64,000 bases of DNA. Source: Truepera sp. Lineage in GTDB: Bacteria; Deinococcota; Deinococci; Deinococcales; Trueperaceae. A program made the translations under genes and the position numbers. This document shows positions 18,204-28,205 of this stretch, in pieces (the stretch's first letter is position 1; each line of letters starts with the position of its first letter). The stretch covers positions 1,440,001 to 1,504,000 of the forward strand of contig CBDCKW010000009.1 of NCBI GenBank assembly GCA_965218435.1, in the 5' to 3' direction. The notes beneath the pieces are model-generated. The model had not been told where the DNA came from. It saw nothing but the letters and a program-made list of their open reading frames with translations, and searched no databases.

Positions 18204-20697
18204 CGGAAAGTTTTCTTTTCGATGAGTTTAGGAGGTTGGCGCACTGAAAAACAGGCGCAACGACGAGCGTCTCCTTAACTAAATCTTTTTTTGAACAAAG
18301 CTCGAAAGTAAACGACTCACCCGGTAGCAGCGTTACGAGTTGGTCGCTGACCGTCGCGTCCGGGTCTAACCTGTCAATAAAAATAGCGACGTCGCGGAGC
18401 AAGGTTTTAGCTGTCAGGGTCAAGGTGTAAAGGTCGCCGTCACGTGCCAACTTTGCCTCAACCTGCACGTCGGGATACTGGAGGTTCTTGTCCCGCTCAA
18501 AAAACCACAGCGCCCGCTCTTGACCGACCTGGGCGACGATGAGTTCGGCTCGAGAATCGTCCGGCGTACTTAGGGTAGCGGGAAGCTCGAGCACGCCCTG
18601 GGTCGTCCGCTTAGGAACGTCTATCCTTAGACTCTCCGCAGCTAAGACCTCACCCGCAAAACTCACCCGCCGCAGCGTGACCTCCCCCGTCCACACCTCA
18701 TCGCTGTCGTTACAGGCAAAGAGCACGAGCTTGCCGCCGCGCGGCTGAACGCTCAAGAGTCTATCGGCGTAAAACCGTTTGGTGGCGTACCAAAAGGGCT
18801 TTTTACGCCCGTACCCGTCTACCGCCGCCCAACTCGTCACCGGCCAGCAGTCGTTGAGCTGCCAGTAGAGCGTACCCATACAGGTCGGCTGATGGCTGCG
18901 CCAGTGCGTCACGCCGTATTCAACCGCGCGAGCTTGGTTGAGCTGTGTGGCGTAGAGCCAAGCGTCAAAGTTTTGCGGCTCGGGAAAGTACTCGAGCAAC
19001 CTGTCCAGCAGCTTCTGATTGCCGTCAACCGCCTTTTGGTGATGCAGCATCCCTGGTGAATCGGGTTTTATGGGCCGCTCGCTCAACGACGCGGCCAGAG
19101 TTGCGTAGGTCGCGGGAGCTTGATGCCCGAATTCGGAGACGAAGCGCGGCACGTAAGCGCGGTAAACGTCGTAGTCGAGCGTGTTCCAGGCGTCCCAGAT
19201 GTGTTTGTTGCCGTGGTTGTCGGCCAGCGGGTGAATGTCAAACGAACCCGAGTAGGGGCTACCCGGCCAGTAAGGGCGGGTCGGATCGAGTTCGGCAACG
19301 ATACGGGGCAGCAGCTCCAAGTAGTACCCTTGGCCCCACGTACGCCCCTCGAGTTTTTCTTGCCAGCCCCACGAAAAGTAACCCCAGATGTTCTCGTTGT
19401 TGCCGTCCCACAAGACCAAACTCGGGTGCGAACTCAGCCGCGTGACCTGATAACGCGCTTCGGCCTCGAGCTCGCTCCAAAACGGCTCCTCTTCCGGGTA
19501 GGCGGCGCAAGCGAACAAAAAGTCTTGCCAGACGAGGATACCCAGCTCATCGCAAACCTCAAAGAACGCTTCTTGCTCGTACAAACCGCCGCCCCAGACG
19601 CGGAGCATGTTCATGTTCGCTTCGAGGGCTTGCGTGATGCGTTCGCGGTAACGCGCCTTAGTGATACGCGTGGGAAAGCAGTCGTCGGGAATCCAGTTCG
19701 CGCCCTTGATAAAGATGGGTTTATGGTTGATTTTTACCGTGAAAGCCGAGCCGATAGGGTCTACCGAAGTATCCAACTCGGTTTTGCGAACGCCGATGCG
19801 CTTAGTCCGTCGGTCAAGAGCCGCGTCGCCCTGTGTGAGCGTCAAGGTGAGATCGTAAAGCGGCTGCTCACCGTGGCCGACGGGCCACCAGAGGTCGGGG
19901 TTGTCCAGCTCGAGTTCAAACACCGCCTCGGTCTGTCCCGCAATCACCTCGACTGTCGTCTGCACCCCGGCAAGCTCCGCCGTAAGTTGCGCCGCGCCGG
20001 TACCGGTAGTCCAGTCGAGTTCGGCGTGAAGTTCGACTCGAGCCTTCAATAGGTCGTCGTTGAGATAGACGAGCGGGCGCACCGCCCCGAGCCGCGCCCC
20101 GCTCCAAGCTTCTAGATAGAGCGGCTGCCAGATGCCCGCAGTGGTCAGCGCCGGACCCCAGTCCCAACCGAAGTTACACGCCATCTTGCGGATGAAGTTA
20201 AACGGCGCGTCAGGGTAAGCGTTCGGCAGATCGCCGTGCTCGTCGCGCACGCCCTCAGCGTAGGTTACGGGCGCAGCGAAGGTAATGCTGAGGACGTTCT
20301 CCCCTGCCTTAACCAGCGGTTTGATATCAAACCGGTACGCGCGGTGCATATTTTTGGTTTCCGCGACCACTTGGCCGTTCAGCTTAACGCGGGCCACGGT
20401 GTCCAAACCGAGACAGACCAGCTCGAGCCGGTCGTGATCCAACTGTGCAGCGGTAAGCTCGAGCTGCGTCTCAAAACGCCAGTCGGTACGCCCAATCCAC
20501 TGCAACTCGTTTTCGTTTTGGCCTAAGTAAGGGTCGGGGATAAGACCTTGGGCGAGCAGGTCGGTGTGAACGCACCCCGGTACGGTGGCGGGAATAAGCT
20601 GACCCTTGATGGCTCCCGGTACGTGCCCCAGGTCGCCCACGGCCTGAAGCGTCCACGACTGGTTACTTAGCGACTGGTTAAGCGGGTATTGATTCAT
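18172..20697 (-). CDS. Glycoside hydrolase family 2, beta-mannosidase-like
   Basis: FGWDWGP, KGANWIP, MLRVWGGG, WDGNNE and WQLNDCWP motifs. Confidence 0.92.
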   Translation of the reverse strand: MNQYPLNQSLSNQSWTLQAVGDLGHVPGAIKGQLIPATVPGCVHTDLLAQGLIPDPYLGQNENELQWIGRTDWRFETQLELTAAQLDHDRLELVCLGLDTVARVKLNGQVVAETKNMHRAYRFDIKPLVKAGENVLSITFAAPVTYAEGVRDEHGDLPNAYPDAPFNFIRKMACNFGWDWGPALTTAGIWQPLYLEAWSGARLGAVRPLVYLNDDLLKARVELHAELDWTTGTGAAQLTAELAGVQTTVEVIAGQTEAVFELELDNPDLWWPVGHGEQPLYDLTLTLTQGDAALDRRTKRIGVRKTELDTSVDPIGSAFTVKINHKPIFIKGANWIPDDCFPTRITKARYRERITQALEANMNMLRVWGGGLYEQEAFFEVCDELGILVWQDFLFACAAYPEEEPFWSELEAEARYQVTRLSSHPSLVLWDGNNENIWGYFSWGWQEKLEGRTWGQGYYLELLPRIVAELDPTRPYWPGSPYSGSFDIHPLADNHGNKHIWDAWNTLDYDVYRAYVPRFVSEFGHQAPATYATLAASLSERPIKPDSPGMLHHQKAVDGNQKLLDRLLEYFPEPQNFDAWLYATQLNQARAVEYGVTHWRSHQPTCMGTLYWQLNDCWPVTSWAAVDGYGRKKPFWYATKRFYADRLLSVQPRGGKLVLFACNDSDEVWTGEVTLRRVSFAGEVLAAESLRIDVPKRTTQGVLELPATLSTPDDSRAELIVAQVGQERALWFFERDKNLQYPDVQVEAKLARDGDLYTLTLTAKTLLRDVAIFIDRLDPDATVSDQLVTLLPGESFTFELCSKKDLVKETLVVAPVFQCANLLNSSKRKLSVAENQGVVRG

Positions 20698-20706
20698 AGG
20701 GCTTCC

Positions 20707-22437
20707 TTATTTCGCTAGTTTGAACGCGAGGTCTCGGGCTAGAGGAGGTAACGTGAGCGTCAACCTGCCAGCTGCAACCTGCACCGTCTCTTTGCCCGTC
20801 CAGGTCGCCGTTTGCGGGTCGTAGCTTTGGAGCGTATAACGCCCGTCCGTGAGTCCGCTTAACGTGACACTTTGACCTGAAACAGCTTTGGGTTCGTAGC
20901 GCCAAGCCGCGCCGGGCAAGGTGCCGCCGCGCAGCACCTCGGTATAGGCGTCCGACGCCGCTTGCGCCGTGTACTCGCCCCCGCGTACCCAGAGGAGGGC
21001 TCGAGTCGGTGAGGTCATCGCGCCCGCACAAACGCCTGAACTCTTCTCCGGTTTTACAGCCGTCAGGGTAGCGAGGTCTTCGCCTGCTAAAAAGGTGCTG
21101 ACCCCTTGGTAATGCCCCCATAAGTCAAGCGGCTCGACCAACGTGTCCCACCACCAGTACATCGCAGTCGTCGCGTAGCCGCTCAGCGCCGACGCCCAAA
21201 GTGCGTTGTGCAGGTGAATCCCCTCGCGGTCCGGGCCGTCGGCGTCCTCGCCGCCCGTTCCAAAACCGTATTCGCCGTAAACGACGGGCTTATCTGCCTG
21301 ATCAGCAAATCGTCCGAAACTACTTAGCATCGTCAAGCAAGGGTCCAAAGTGTCGTAGAGGTGAACTTGCAGCAGGTCTACGGCGGGGGAAGTCCACAGG
21401 TCACCGCTCGAGCCGCTCCCGTAGCTGCTGGTGGTGAGGTGATGATACGGGTCTACGGTCTCTAAATAAGCGCCCATCTCCGTTAACCAAGCCTTCAGCG
21501 CGTCCCGTCCAATCGGCGTAAAGTTGACCTCGTTCCACCACTCCCAGGCGAGGATATTGGGGCTGCTGTAGCGGGCGGCAATATAGGCGAGCCGCTGCTT
21601 GAAGTAAGTCTTCGCCTCTTGGTTGGTCGCAAAGCATTCGGGTACGTCACAGGGGCCGCCGTTGGCGGCGTTGTAGGGGTTCTCAGCCCACTCGGGGTTG
21701 GTCGTTTCGCTGAACTGGCCGTGATTGGTAAGCACCAAAATCAGGTAAATCCCGCGGTCCTCGGCCATTTGAACCACTTGGTCGAGCAGCCAAGCGCGGC
21801 CTAAACGGTGGCTGTAGTCGCCCAAACCGGTATCTTGCCACTCGAGCGCAAAGCCCCACGGCGCAAACCAGAACCGCGCCACGTTGCCCCCCGACGCGGC
21901 GAGCGCGTCAAACCAGCGTTCGTAATCGGCCAGGGTCGTCTCGACGGACGTTGCCCAGGCGAGGTTAAGCCCGACGCCGAAAAAAGGGGTGCCGTCGTCA
22001 AACGCGAGGTAGCGCGGGTTGTCAGCAACGCGCAAAAATCCGTGGGTACCGCCCTTTTTGACCTCAAAGCGCAACCCTCGGTCGGTGGTCCAAATCCCGG
22101 CCTCGGTGGGCGTAAAGCGCACGCGGTAGCCGGGTTTACCGACGGCGTTGAGCTGCGGATCAAAGTCCTGAGACCAAAAAGCTTGCACCGAAGTTTTGTG
22201 ACCGGACGGCGCAATAAAGGTTACGGTCGGGGCAACGTCCGTCAGAAAAGGGTTTTTAGGCGTGTTAGAGATTTGGAGGGTCAGCTCGAGCGGTTTATAA
22301 GTCGTTAAGGTGTTGAGATCGGTTATCAAGGTCACGTCCGTAACGCTGGCTGATCCTTTAGGTAGCTGGGCAGACGCTAAACCCACCGAGCCAAACACCA
22401 AAGTCAGCCCATAGGCCAAAATCCAATTTCTTACCAC
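20707..22437 (-). CDS. Secreted DUF5060-domain / GH5-like glycoside hydrolase
   Basis: Signal peptide, VRFTPTEAGIW, WWNEV (acid/base) and YGEYG (nucleophile-like) motifs. Confidence 0.75.
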   Translation of the reverse strand: MVRNWILAYGLTLVFGSVGLASAQLPKGSASVTDVTLITDLNTLTTYKPLELTLQISNTPKNPFLTDVAPTVTFIAPSGHKTSVQAFWSQDFDPQLNAVGKPGYRVRFTPTEAGIWTTDRGLRFEVKKGGTHGFLRVADNPRYLAFDDGTPFFGVGLNLAWATSVETTLADYERWFDALAASGGNVARFWFAPWGFALEWQDTGLGDYSHRLGRAWLLDQVVQMAEDRGIYLILVLTNHGQFSETTNPEWAENPYNAANGGPCDVPECFATNQEAKTYFKQRLAYIAARYSSPNILAWEWWNEVNFTPIGRDALKAWLTEMGAYLETVDPYHHLTTSSYGSGSSGDLWTSPAVDLLQVHLYDTLDPCLTMLSSFGRFADQADKPVVYGEYGFGTGGEDADGPDREGIHLHNALWASALSGYATTAMYWWWDTLVEPLDLWGHYQGVSTFLAGEDLATLTAVKPEKSSGVCAGAMTSPTRALLWVRGGEYTAQAASDAYTEVLRGGTLPGAAWRYEPKAVSGQSVTLSGLTDGRYTLQSYDPQTATWTGKETVQVAAGRLTLTLPPLARDLAFKLAK

Positions 22438-22442
22438 GTGCT

Positions 22443-23330
22443 CTAGCCCTTCGTCCCGCTCAGCGCGATGCCTTCAACGAACTGTTTTTGGAAGATTAGA
22501 AAAAAGATAACGGTCGGTAATGAGGTCAGGAGCGCCGCTGCCATGAGCACACCGACATTACCGGGGCCGCTCAGCACGCTGTTCAGATTTGAAAGGGCTA
22601 AGGGCAGCGTCAGGTGCGCCTGGTCACGGACGATAATCAGCGGCCAGACGAAGTTATTCCATTCGGAGAGCATCACAAAAATTGCCATCGCGGTCATCGC
22701 CGGACGTACCAGCGGCAAGATGATGCTCCACCAGATACGGAACTCGTTCGCGCCGTCAATTTTGGCCGCGTCGATGAGTTCATCGGGCAAGCCGAGCATG
22801 TACTGCCGTAAAAAAAAGACGGCGAAGGCCCTCGAGAGTCCCGGTACGACGATACCCGCAAAGGTATTGATCCACCCAAACGCTTTCATCGTCAAAAAGT
22901 TGGGGATGATGGTCACTTGCCAAGGGATCATCATCGAGGCGACGATGATAAAAAAGACCACGTTGCGCCCCGGGACCCGCCCTTTGGCCAGCACGTAGCC
23001 CGCTGCCGAGGCCATCAGCAGCGAGACCACCGTGACGATGACCGTGATAAAAACGCTGTTAAAGTACGCCGTACCAAACCCCCAAGGCGCTTCTTGAAAA
23101 CGCTGAAACAACCCCGGAATGTGCTGCGGCGCGTTCGGCGTTGCGTCGTAAAAGTTGTTGAGCGAAGGGGTTTCTACCGTAAAGGTAGGCGGGTTTCGAA
23201 TCAGTTCCGGCACCGGCTTAAAGGCCCCGATCACCATCAGGTAGTAGGGTACGACCATCGAGAGCGCCAGGATAACAAAAGGTAGACGGACGAGGCTGCT
23301 CAGCCACGAAGGTTTATTTTCACCGATCAT
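22443..23330 (-). CDS. Carbohydrate ABC transporter permease
   Basis: EAA-like loop LPDELIDAAKIDGA; multiple TM helices. Confidence 0.92.
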   Translation of the reverse strand: MIGENKPSWLSSLVRLPFVILALSMVVPYYLMVIGAFKPVPELIRNPPTFTVETPSLNNFYDATPNAPQHIPGLFQRFQEAPWGFGTAYFNSVFITVIVTVVSLLMASAAGYVLAKGRVPGRNVVFFIIVASMMIPWQVTIIPNFLTMKAFGWINTFAGIVVPGLSRAFAVFFLRQYMLGLPDELIDAAKIDGANEFRIWWSIILPLVRPAMTAMAIFVMLSEWNNFVWPLIIVRDQAHLTLPLALSNLNSVLSGPGNVGVLMAAALLTSLPTVIFFLIFQKQFVEGIALSGTKG

Positions 23331-23339
23331 CGTGCCCCC

Positions 23340-24296
23340 CTAGTACGCGTCGTTGGCGCGGCCCAACCACAAGTTAATCATGGTGATGACAAAAATCACC
23401 AAAAAGAGCGCCCAGGCGATCGCCGAGGCGTACCCGAGCTGAAAGTAGGTAAACCCTTTTTCGTACAGATACGGCACCACAAACAGAGCTGAGTCGAGGA
23501 CCCCGCCGATGTTGCCGCCGACTGAGCCGAAGATCACGTAAGCTTGCTCGAAGATCTGAAAGCTGCCGATAATCCCCGTAACAACGACAAATAAGATAGT
23601 CGGGCGTAGTAGCGGGAAGGTAATCCGCCAAAACCGCTGCTGCGTGGTCGCGCCGTCAATGGCGGCAGCTTCGTGTAACTCTTTGGGTACGGCGTTAAGG
23701 CCCGCTAAAAAAAGCACCATCGCGTAGCCCATCCCGCCCCACGCACCGATAATAACCAAAACCGGAATAGACCAGCCGGGGTCGGCAAAAAAGGTAATTC
23801 GGCCCAAACCGAAGCGGGTCAAAAGCGCGTTGATCACGCCGAAACTCTGCCCTGAAAAAATCCAGATCCAGATCGTTAAGACCGCCAGCCCCGAGGTGAC
23901 CGAAGGCAAAAACAAAAGGGTTCGCAAAAGATAGTTCAACCAGGTGTTGGCGCGAAAAACCAGCGCCAGCGCCAGCCCTAAAACGTCGGTAATTAAGACC
24001 TGCGCCACCACTAACGTCAGGGTATTTTGCAGCGCCTTAAAAAAGCGGGGGTCACTCAGGAGTTCTTTGAAATTAGCTAGACCGACGAACTCGGGTGCTC
24101 TGAGGCCGCTGTATTCGGTAAAACTCAGGTAAAGAGACTGTCCCAGCGGCCAGATGGTAAAGATCATAAACCCGATTAAAAACGGCGCGGCCAGCAAGTA
24201 GCCTTGGGCAATACGCCTCGCCTTCGCTCCGCGAAAGCGGCCCCCGCCCCGCCGCACGACAACGACGTGCGGCGTCTCCGTGGTTGTGCTCATCAT
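23340..24296 (-). CDS. Carbohydrate ABC transporter permease
   Basis: ELHEAAAIDGA and GYASAIAW motifs. Confidence 0.92.
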   Translation of the reverse strand: MMSTTTETPHVVVVRRGGGRFRGAKARRIAQGYLLAAPFLIGFMIFTIWPLGQSLYLSFTEYSGLRAPEFVGLANFKELLSDPRFFKALQNTLTLVVAQVLITDVLGLALALVFRANTWLNYLLRTLLFLPSVTSGLAVLTIWIWIFSGQSFGVINALLTRFGLGRITFFADPGWSIPVLVIIGAWGGMGYAMVLFLAGLNAVPKELHEAAAIDGATTQQRFWRITFPLLRPTILFVVVTGIIGSFQIFEQAYVIFGSVGGNIGGVLDSALFVVPYLYEKGFTYFQLGYASAIAWALFLVIFVITMINLWLGRANDAY

Positions 24297-24342
24297 AACC
24301 TCGTTTCACCCTAGTGACCCATGTCAATACAACCCGGTAAAG

Positions 24343-24363
24343 TGGGGAGGGCGTACCCTCCCC
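24343..24363 (-). terminator. Intercistronic hairpin after the sugar-binding protein gene
   Basis: GGGGAGGG-CGTA-CCCTCCCC. Confidence 0.55.
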
Positions 24364-24372
24364 TTGACGCCG

Positions 24373-25581
24373 CTAGTTAAGGTTTTTGTTCATCTCGTCA
24401 GCAGCAGCGTCGAGCGCCGCTTGCGGGTCAGCGCCGTTTAAGATGACCTCTTGGAGCTGCCGATCTACAAAAGCGTTCGACTCTTCCCAACCGGTGCAGT
24501 TGGGAGGGCCTGCTGCGTCTTTAAGCTGCGAGGTGAGGGCAGCCGTCACTTTTTCGGACAAGCCGCTCTGCTTAGCGTAGGCAACTACCGGCGTAATCCA
24601 GACCTGATTAACCTCAGACGCTTTGCTGAGCATCGCTTTCGCAGCTTCGGGGGTGTAGAGGCTACCGATAAACTCCGCGGCGACGTCTTTATTAGGTGAG
24701 GCTTCCATCACGCCGATCACGCGGCCCCCGATAAACGAGGTGCGTTTCCCGGTCGGCCCGGCCGGAAGCGGCGAAAAGTTGACCTGCTGGTAAAGGTCGG
24801 GGCGGCTGCTCTCTAAACCAAGCACCCAGCTCCCCTGATATCCGGCGACGAACTCGCCACTGGCCAACCCCCCCTCGACGTCAATATCGGCCTCGGGCGA
24901 GGTGTTGTACTCCGTGTAGAGGCTCGCGAAAAACTTGAGCGCCTCGAGTCCCTGGGGGCTGTTAATCGTCGCGGCGCTGCAGTCTTCGTTATAGAGCGTC
25001 CCGCCCGCTTGGTATAAAAACGGGAAGTAGCCGAGCCAGCTGGCGTTACCCCAACCGAAGCCGAGCCCTTTGTTGCCGTCTTTTTGCAGCGCGGCTGAAA
25101 GCTCATCCCAGGTCCCCGGCGTCTGACTGACGTCTTCTTTTTTGAGCAGGTCGGGGCGCGTGATAAAGGTCTGCAGGGTGAGGTCGAAAGGAACGCCGTA
25201 CACTTCACCCGAAGGCGGTACCACCGAGCTGTAAATCCCCGGCTGCGCGAGCTTTTGCACGTTGGCAACGAGGTCGGGGTAGTTGGCTTTGAGGTCAACC
25301 ATCCCGCCCTGCTTACCGAACTCGATGCCCCACGACAACCCGCCGGTAATGATGTCGGGGCCGGAGCCGCTGACCACCGCCGAGAGCACCTTAGCATGAG
25401 CGTCTTGCCACGAGATCGGCTGAATGTTAAAGCTCACGTCGGGGTGACTCTGTTTGAACAGGTCACCGGCGGCGTTTAAGATGGCCGTGTCGGTGTCGCC
25501 CCCGGTATTCCAGATCGTGATGGTTTGAGCGGATACGAGACTAAAACAGAGCAGGGCAAAAAGGATAACTAGCTTTTTCAT
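24373..25581 (-). CDS. Sugar ABC transporter substrate-binding protein
   Basis: Signal peptide, GPDI and GEVYGVPF motifs; RBS AAGGAG. Confidence 0.92.
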   Translation of the reverse strand: MKKLVILFALLCFSLVSAQTITIWNTGGDTDTAILNAAGDLFKQSHPDVSFNIQPISWQDAHAKVLSAVVSGSGPDIITGGLSWGIEFGKQGGMVDLKANYPDLVANVQKLAQPGIYSSVVPPSGEVYGVPFDLTLQTFITRPDLLKKEDVSQTPGTWDELSAALQKDGNKGLGFGWGNASWLGYFPFLYQAGGTLYNEDCSAATINSPQGLEALKFFASLYTEYNTSPEADIDVEGGLASGEFVAGYQGSWVLGLESSRPDLYQQVNFSPLPAGPTGKRTSFIGGRVIGVMEASPNKDVAAEFIGSLYTPEAAKAMLSKASEVNQVWITPVVAYAKQSGLSEKVTAALTSQLKDAAGPPNCTGWEESNAFVDRQLQEVILNGADPQAALDAAADEMNKNLN

Positions 25582-25637
25582 ATCATCTCCTTAAAGGTGC
25601 GAACGTACGTACTGGACCGACGCGGACTGGATCGTCT

Positions 25638-26861
25638 TCACCTCCTCCCGGGCAGCAAGCTCTGAGCGGGCGGGCTCTGAGCGTTTTTTTCGAGCAGCTT
25701 GGGGTGGGGTACCAGCGAATCGTAAATCGGCAAGATCGCCACCCCCAAAGCGGCCGCGTCTTCACCGGCTTCGGCGTGAACGAGGCGTGGCTCGTAAGCT
25801 TTTTGGGCGATACGCAGTTCCGGCAAAAGCGCCGCGAGCTGCTCGAGCAGATAGTCAATCAGGGGCGCAGGCCACGAGCCCCCAAAAACGATGATTTCAG
25901 GATCAACAAAAAGTTCTCCGGCGACGAGTGCGGGCGCGAGCTGCTCAGCGGCGCACTCGAGCCAGGTCAGCAACACGTCGTTCTGCGCCGAAAAAAGTGG
26001 CTCGAGGTCACTTGGGGCAGTAACGGGATGACCGGCACGCCCCAGCTCTTGATAAAGCGACGGGAGGTCGAAAAAACTCCCTACCCGGTCAACTTTTTTG
26101 TCAGCACGGCGAACCGGCATAAAGCCGAATTCGCCGGTGTTACCTTGAAAGCCGTGAAACGGTTGACCGTTTAGCACAATCCCGCCGCCCAAACCGACGC
26201 CCAAAAAGACGTAGACGAAGCTCGCTACCCCTTGACCGACACCGTAAAACGTTTCGCCGATCGCTGCGGCGGTCGCGTTGTTTTCTAAAAATATCGGCAG
26301 GTCGAGGCGCTGAGCGAGCTCGTCTACGACCGGCACATTCTCCCAACCGGGAAACGAGTTCGGGTTGACGATTTGGTCTATGACACGGCCGTCACTGATG
26401 CGAATAGGCCCCGGCAACCCCACCCCGACGCCCCAAACCCGGCTGCGCTCGAGCTCTTGTTCGGCGATGAGCTGTTCCGTGACTGAGGCCATCAGCGCCA
26501 GCGCCTCGGCCGGTACCGGAAAATCGAGGGCCTGATGAAACCGCCGCTGAACGGCTCCGTTCAAATTGACCAACACGCCGGTTAAATGATCGCGGTCGAG
26601 GTCAAGTCCTACCGCGAAAGCTCCGTCTGCGCGAAACTCGAGCTGCGCCGACGGTGCGCCGCGGCTACCCTGTTTACGGCCCGTTTCTACCACCAAATTT
26701 CTGTGGATCAGCTGAGCCGTGATGTTAGAAATTGTCTGCGGCGTCAGCTCGGTGCGCCGCGCGACCTGAGCACGTGACAGCGGCCCGTAAAGCCGAACGG
26801 TCTCGAGTACAATTCGGGCGTTATAGATTTTGGCGTACTCGAGGTTCGTTCCCTTAAGCAC
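25638..26861 (-). CDS. ROK family transcriptional regulator
   Basis: N-terminal HTH (GPLSRAQVARRTELT), LENNATAAAIGE and GLGGGIV motifs. Confidence 0.92.
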   Translation of the reverse strand: MLKGTNLEYAKIYNARIVLETVRLYGPLSRAQVARRTELTPQTISNITAQLIHRNLVVETGRKQGSRGAPSAQLEFRADGAFAVGLDLDRDHLTGVLVNLNGAVQRRFHQALDFPVPAEALALMASVTEQLIAEQELERSRVWGVGVGLPGPIRISDGRVIDQIVNPNSFPGWENVPVVDELAQRLDLPIFLENNATAAAIGETFYGVGQGVASFVYVFLGVGLGGGIVLNGQPFHGFQGNTGEFGFMPVRRADKKVDRVGSFFDLPSLYQELGRAGHPVTAPSDLEPLFSAQNDVLLTWLECAAEQLAPALVAGELFVDPEIIVFGGSWPAPLIDYLLEQLAALLPELRIAQKAYEPRLVHAEAGEDAAALGVAILPIYDSLVPHPKLLEKNAQSPPAQSLLPGRR

Positions 26862-26914
26862 AGGAGACCTTTCTGCAACCGAGGCGTCACGCTTCTTTAG
26901 AGGTGCCGATATAG

Positions 26915-26932
26915 TATTTCAAATTGATAATA
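26915..26932. promoter_or_regulatory. Candidate ROK-repressor operator
   Basis: AT-rich near-palindrome TATTTCAAATTGATAATA about 55 bp upstream of the ROK gene/operon. Confidence 0.45.
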
Positions 26933-27040
26933 GATGTCAAGGGTCACTTAAATCATTCCAAAACTTGCAAAGTACTACCGAGAAAGTTCCGGTTCTTTTT
27001 TCTAACTGCCGGGTTAGAAAGATTTAGTTGGTTTTACGAC

Positions 27041-27153
27041 TAGAAGCCATCTCAAAAACCCTTGGCGGGCGGAGCCCGGTGAGGGTTTGACCGAGCTAGG
27101 CGAGTAAGATAGGACGCTCTCACGCTAGAAAGCCATTTTTGAGATAGGTTCTA
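27041..27153. mobile_element. MITE-like element of about 110 bp
   Basis: Terminal inverted repeats TAGAAGCCATCTCAAAAA / TTTTTGAGATAGGTTCTA (16/18 match, counting the terminal TA); no ORF. Confidence 0.7.
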
Positions 27154-27407
27154 ACTACACCTTCGAGCTCGAGCCTAGAAAGCACGCATCCTCGGCCGAA
27201 TAGTCAGCTTCGGGAGTCACCGCGCCGAGCACCGGATTGGTCAATGAACATACCTTCGTCCCAGTACCGAGCGTTTAGACGCTCAGCAGGGCAAAAAAAA
27301 TGCCGTGACAGTCTCTCTACAAAACAGCGTGGCTACTTTGCTCTCCGGAATGCCTCGGTATGTTTAGCTTGTATCGGCAGTCTGGCAGGTGAGTAAGTAC
27401 CCACAGA

Positions 27408-28205
27408 TCACTCGGGCTTGCCCAGTCGGATAGGGCTACGTTCTGCGATCCAAGGCGTATACCCGGCCTCGGCAAAGTAAAGACCGTGCGGCGGCACATT
27501 CGGCCCCAGCCGGCGGCGATCTTTGGTGTCTAAAAGAGCCGGTATCGCACTAGGACTCACTTTGCCTTCACCGACCCCGAGGAGCGTCCCGACGAGCGCC
27601 CGCACCATGTTGCGTAAAAACCCGTCGGCGGCGACGTGCAGCGTCAGGTCTGCCTCGTGCGCGGCCAAGCGGCAGAGAAACACCGTACGGACCGTCGGCC
27701 GCGTCTCCTGGGTCGCCAGCGCCGCGAAATCGCGGGTGCCTTCAAAGTGAGGGGCAGCGGTCTGCATCGCCCCTACGTCGAGGCGTTGGGGCAGCAAAAG
27801 GACGCGGTGACGGTCCAAAGCCGAGCCTGCCAGCCCACACGGGCCGTTCAGTAAGCGCAGACGGTACTCGTAGCGGCGGTAACAGCAGCCAAACTGGGCT
27901 TCAAAGTCGGGCGGGGCGTCTTCAGCTCGTAACACGCGCACGTCCCTCGGCAAACGGGCGTTGAGGGCAGCGGCAGTGCGGGCGATAGGAACCTTGTCTT
28001 CGGTCAGGTAGTGCGCGGTCATGGCGAGCGCGTGAACGCCCGCGTCGGTACGACCCGCCGCCATCACCCGCGGCACTGCGCCGGGAACGTCCGAGAGGGC
28101 CGCCTCGAGCACCCCCTGCACCGTCCTCTCCCCTGTTTTGGCCTGCACCTGCCAGCCGTAAAAATCGGTGCCGTCGTACTCGAGCGTCAGTTTAACTTTG
28201 CGCAT
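27408..28205 (-). CDS. truA: tRNA pseudouridine(38-40) synthase
   Basis: YDGTDFYGWQ, AGRTDAGVHA and GFLRNMVR motifs. Confidence 0.96.
   Translation of the reverse strand: MRKVKLTLEYDGTDFYGWQVQAKTGERTVQGVLEAALSDVPGAVPRVMAAGRTDAGVHALAMTAHYLTEDKVPIARTAAALNARLPRDVRVLRAEDAPPDFEAQFGCCYRRYEYRLRLLNGPCGLAGSALDRHRVLLLPQRLDVGAMQTAAPHFEGTRDFAALATQETRPTVRTVFLCRLAAHEADLTLHVAADGFLRNMVRALVGTLLGVGEGKVSPSAIPALLDTKDRRRLGPNVPPHGLYFAEAGYTPWIAERSPIRLGKPE

Noticed and set aside
19120..20052. 310-aa antisense ORF, and many similar ORFs in the track
   Set aside because: It lies fully opposite a well-supported GH2 gene and is an expected codon-bias artefact.
27240..27400. Possible riboswitch downstream of truA
   Set aside because: Some hairpins are present, but there is no match to aptamer consensus sequences I know and no credible downstream gene.
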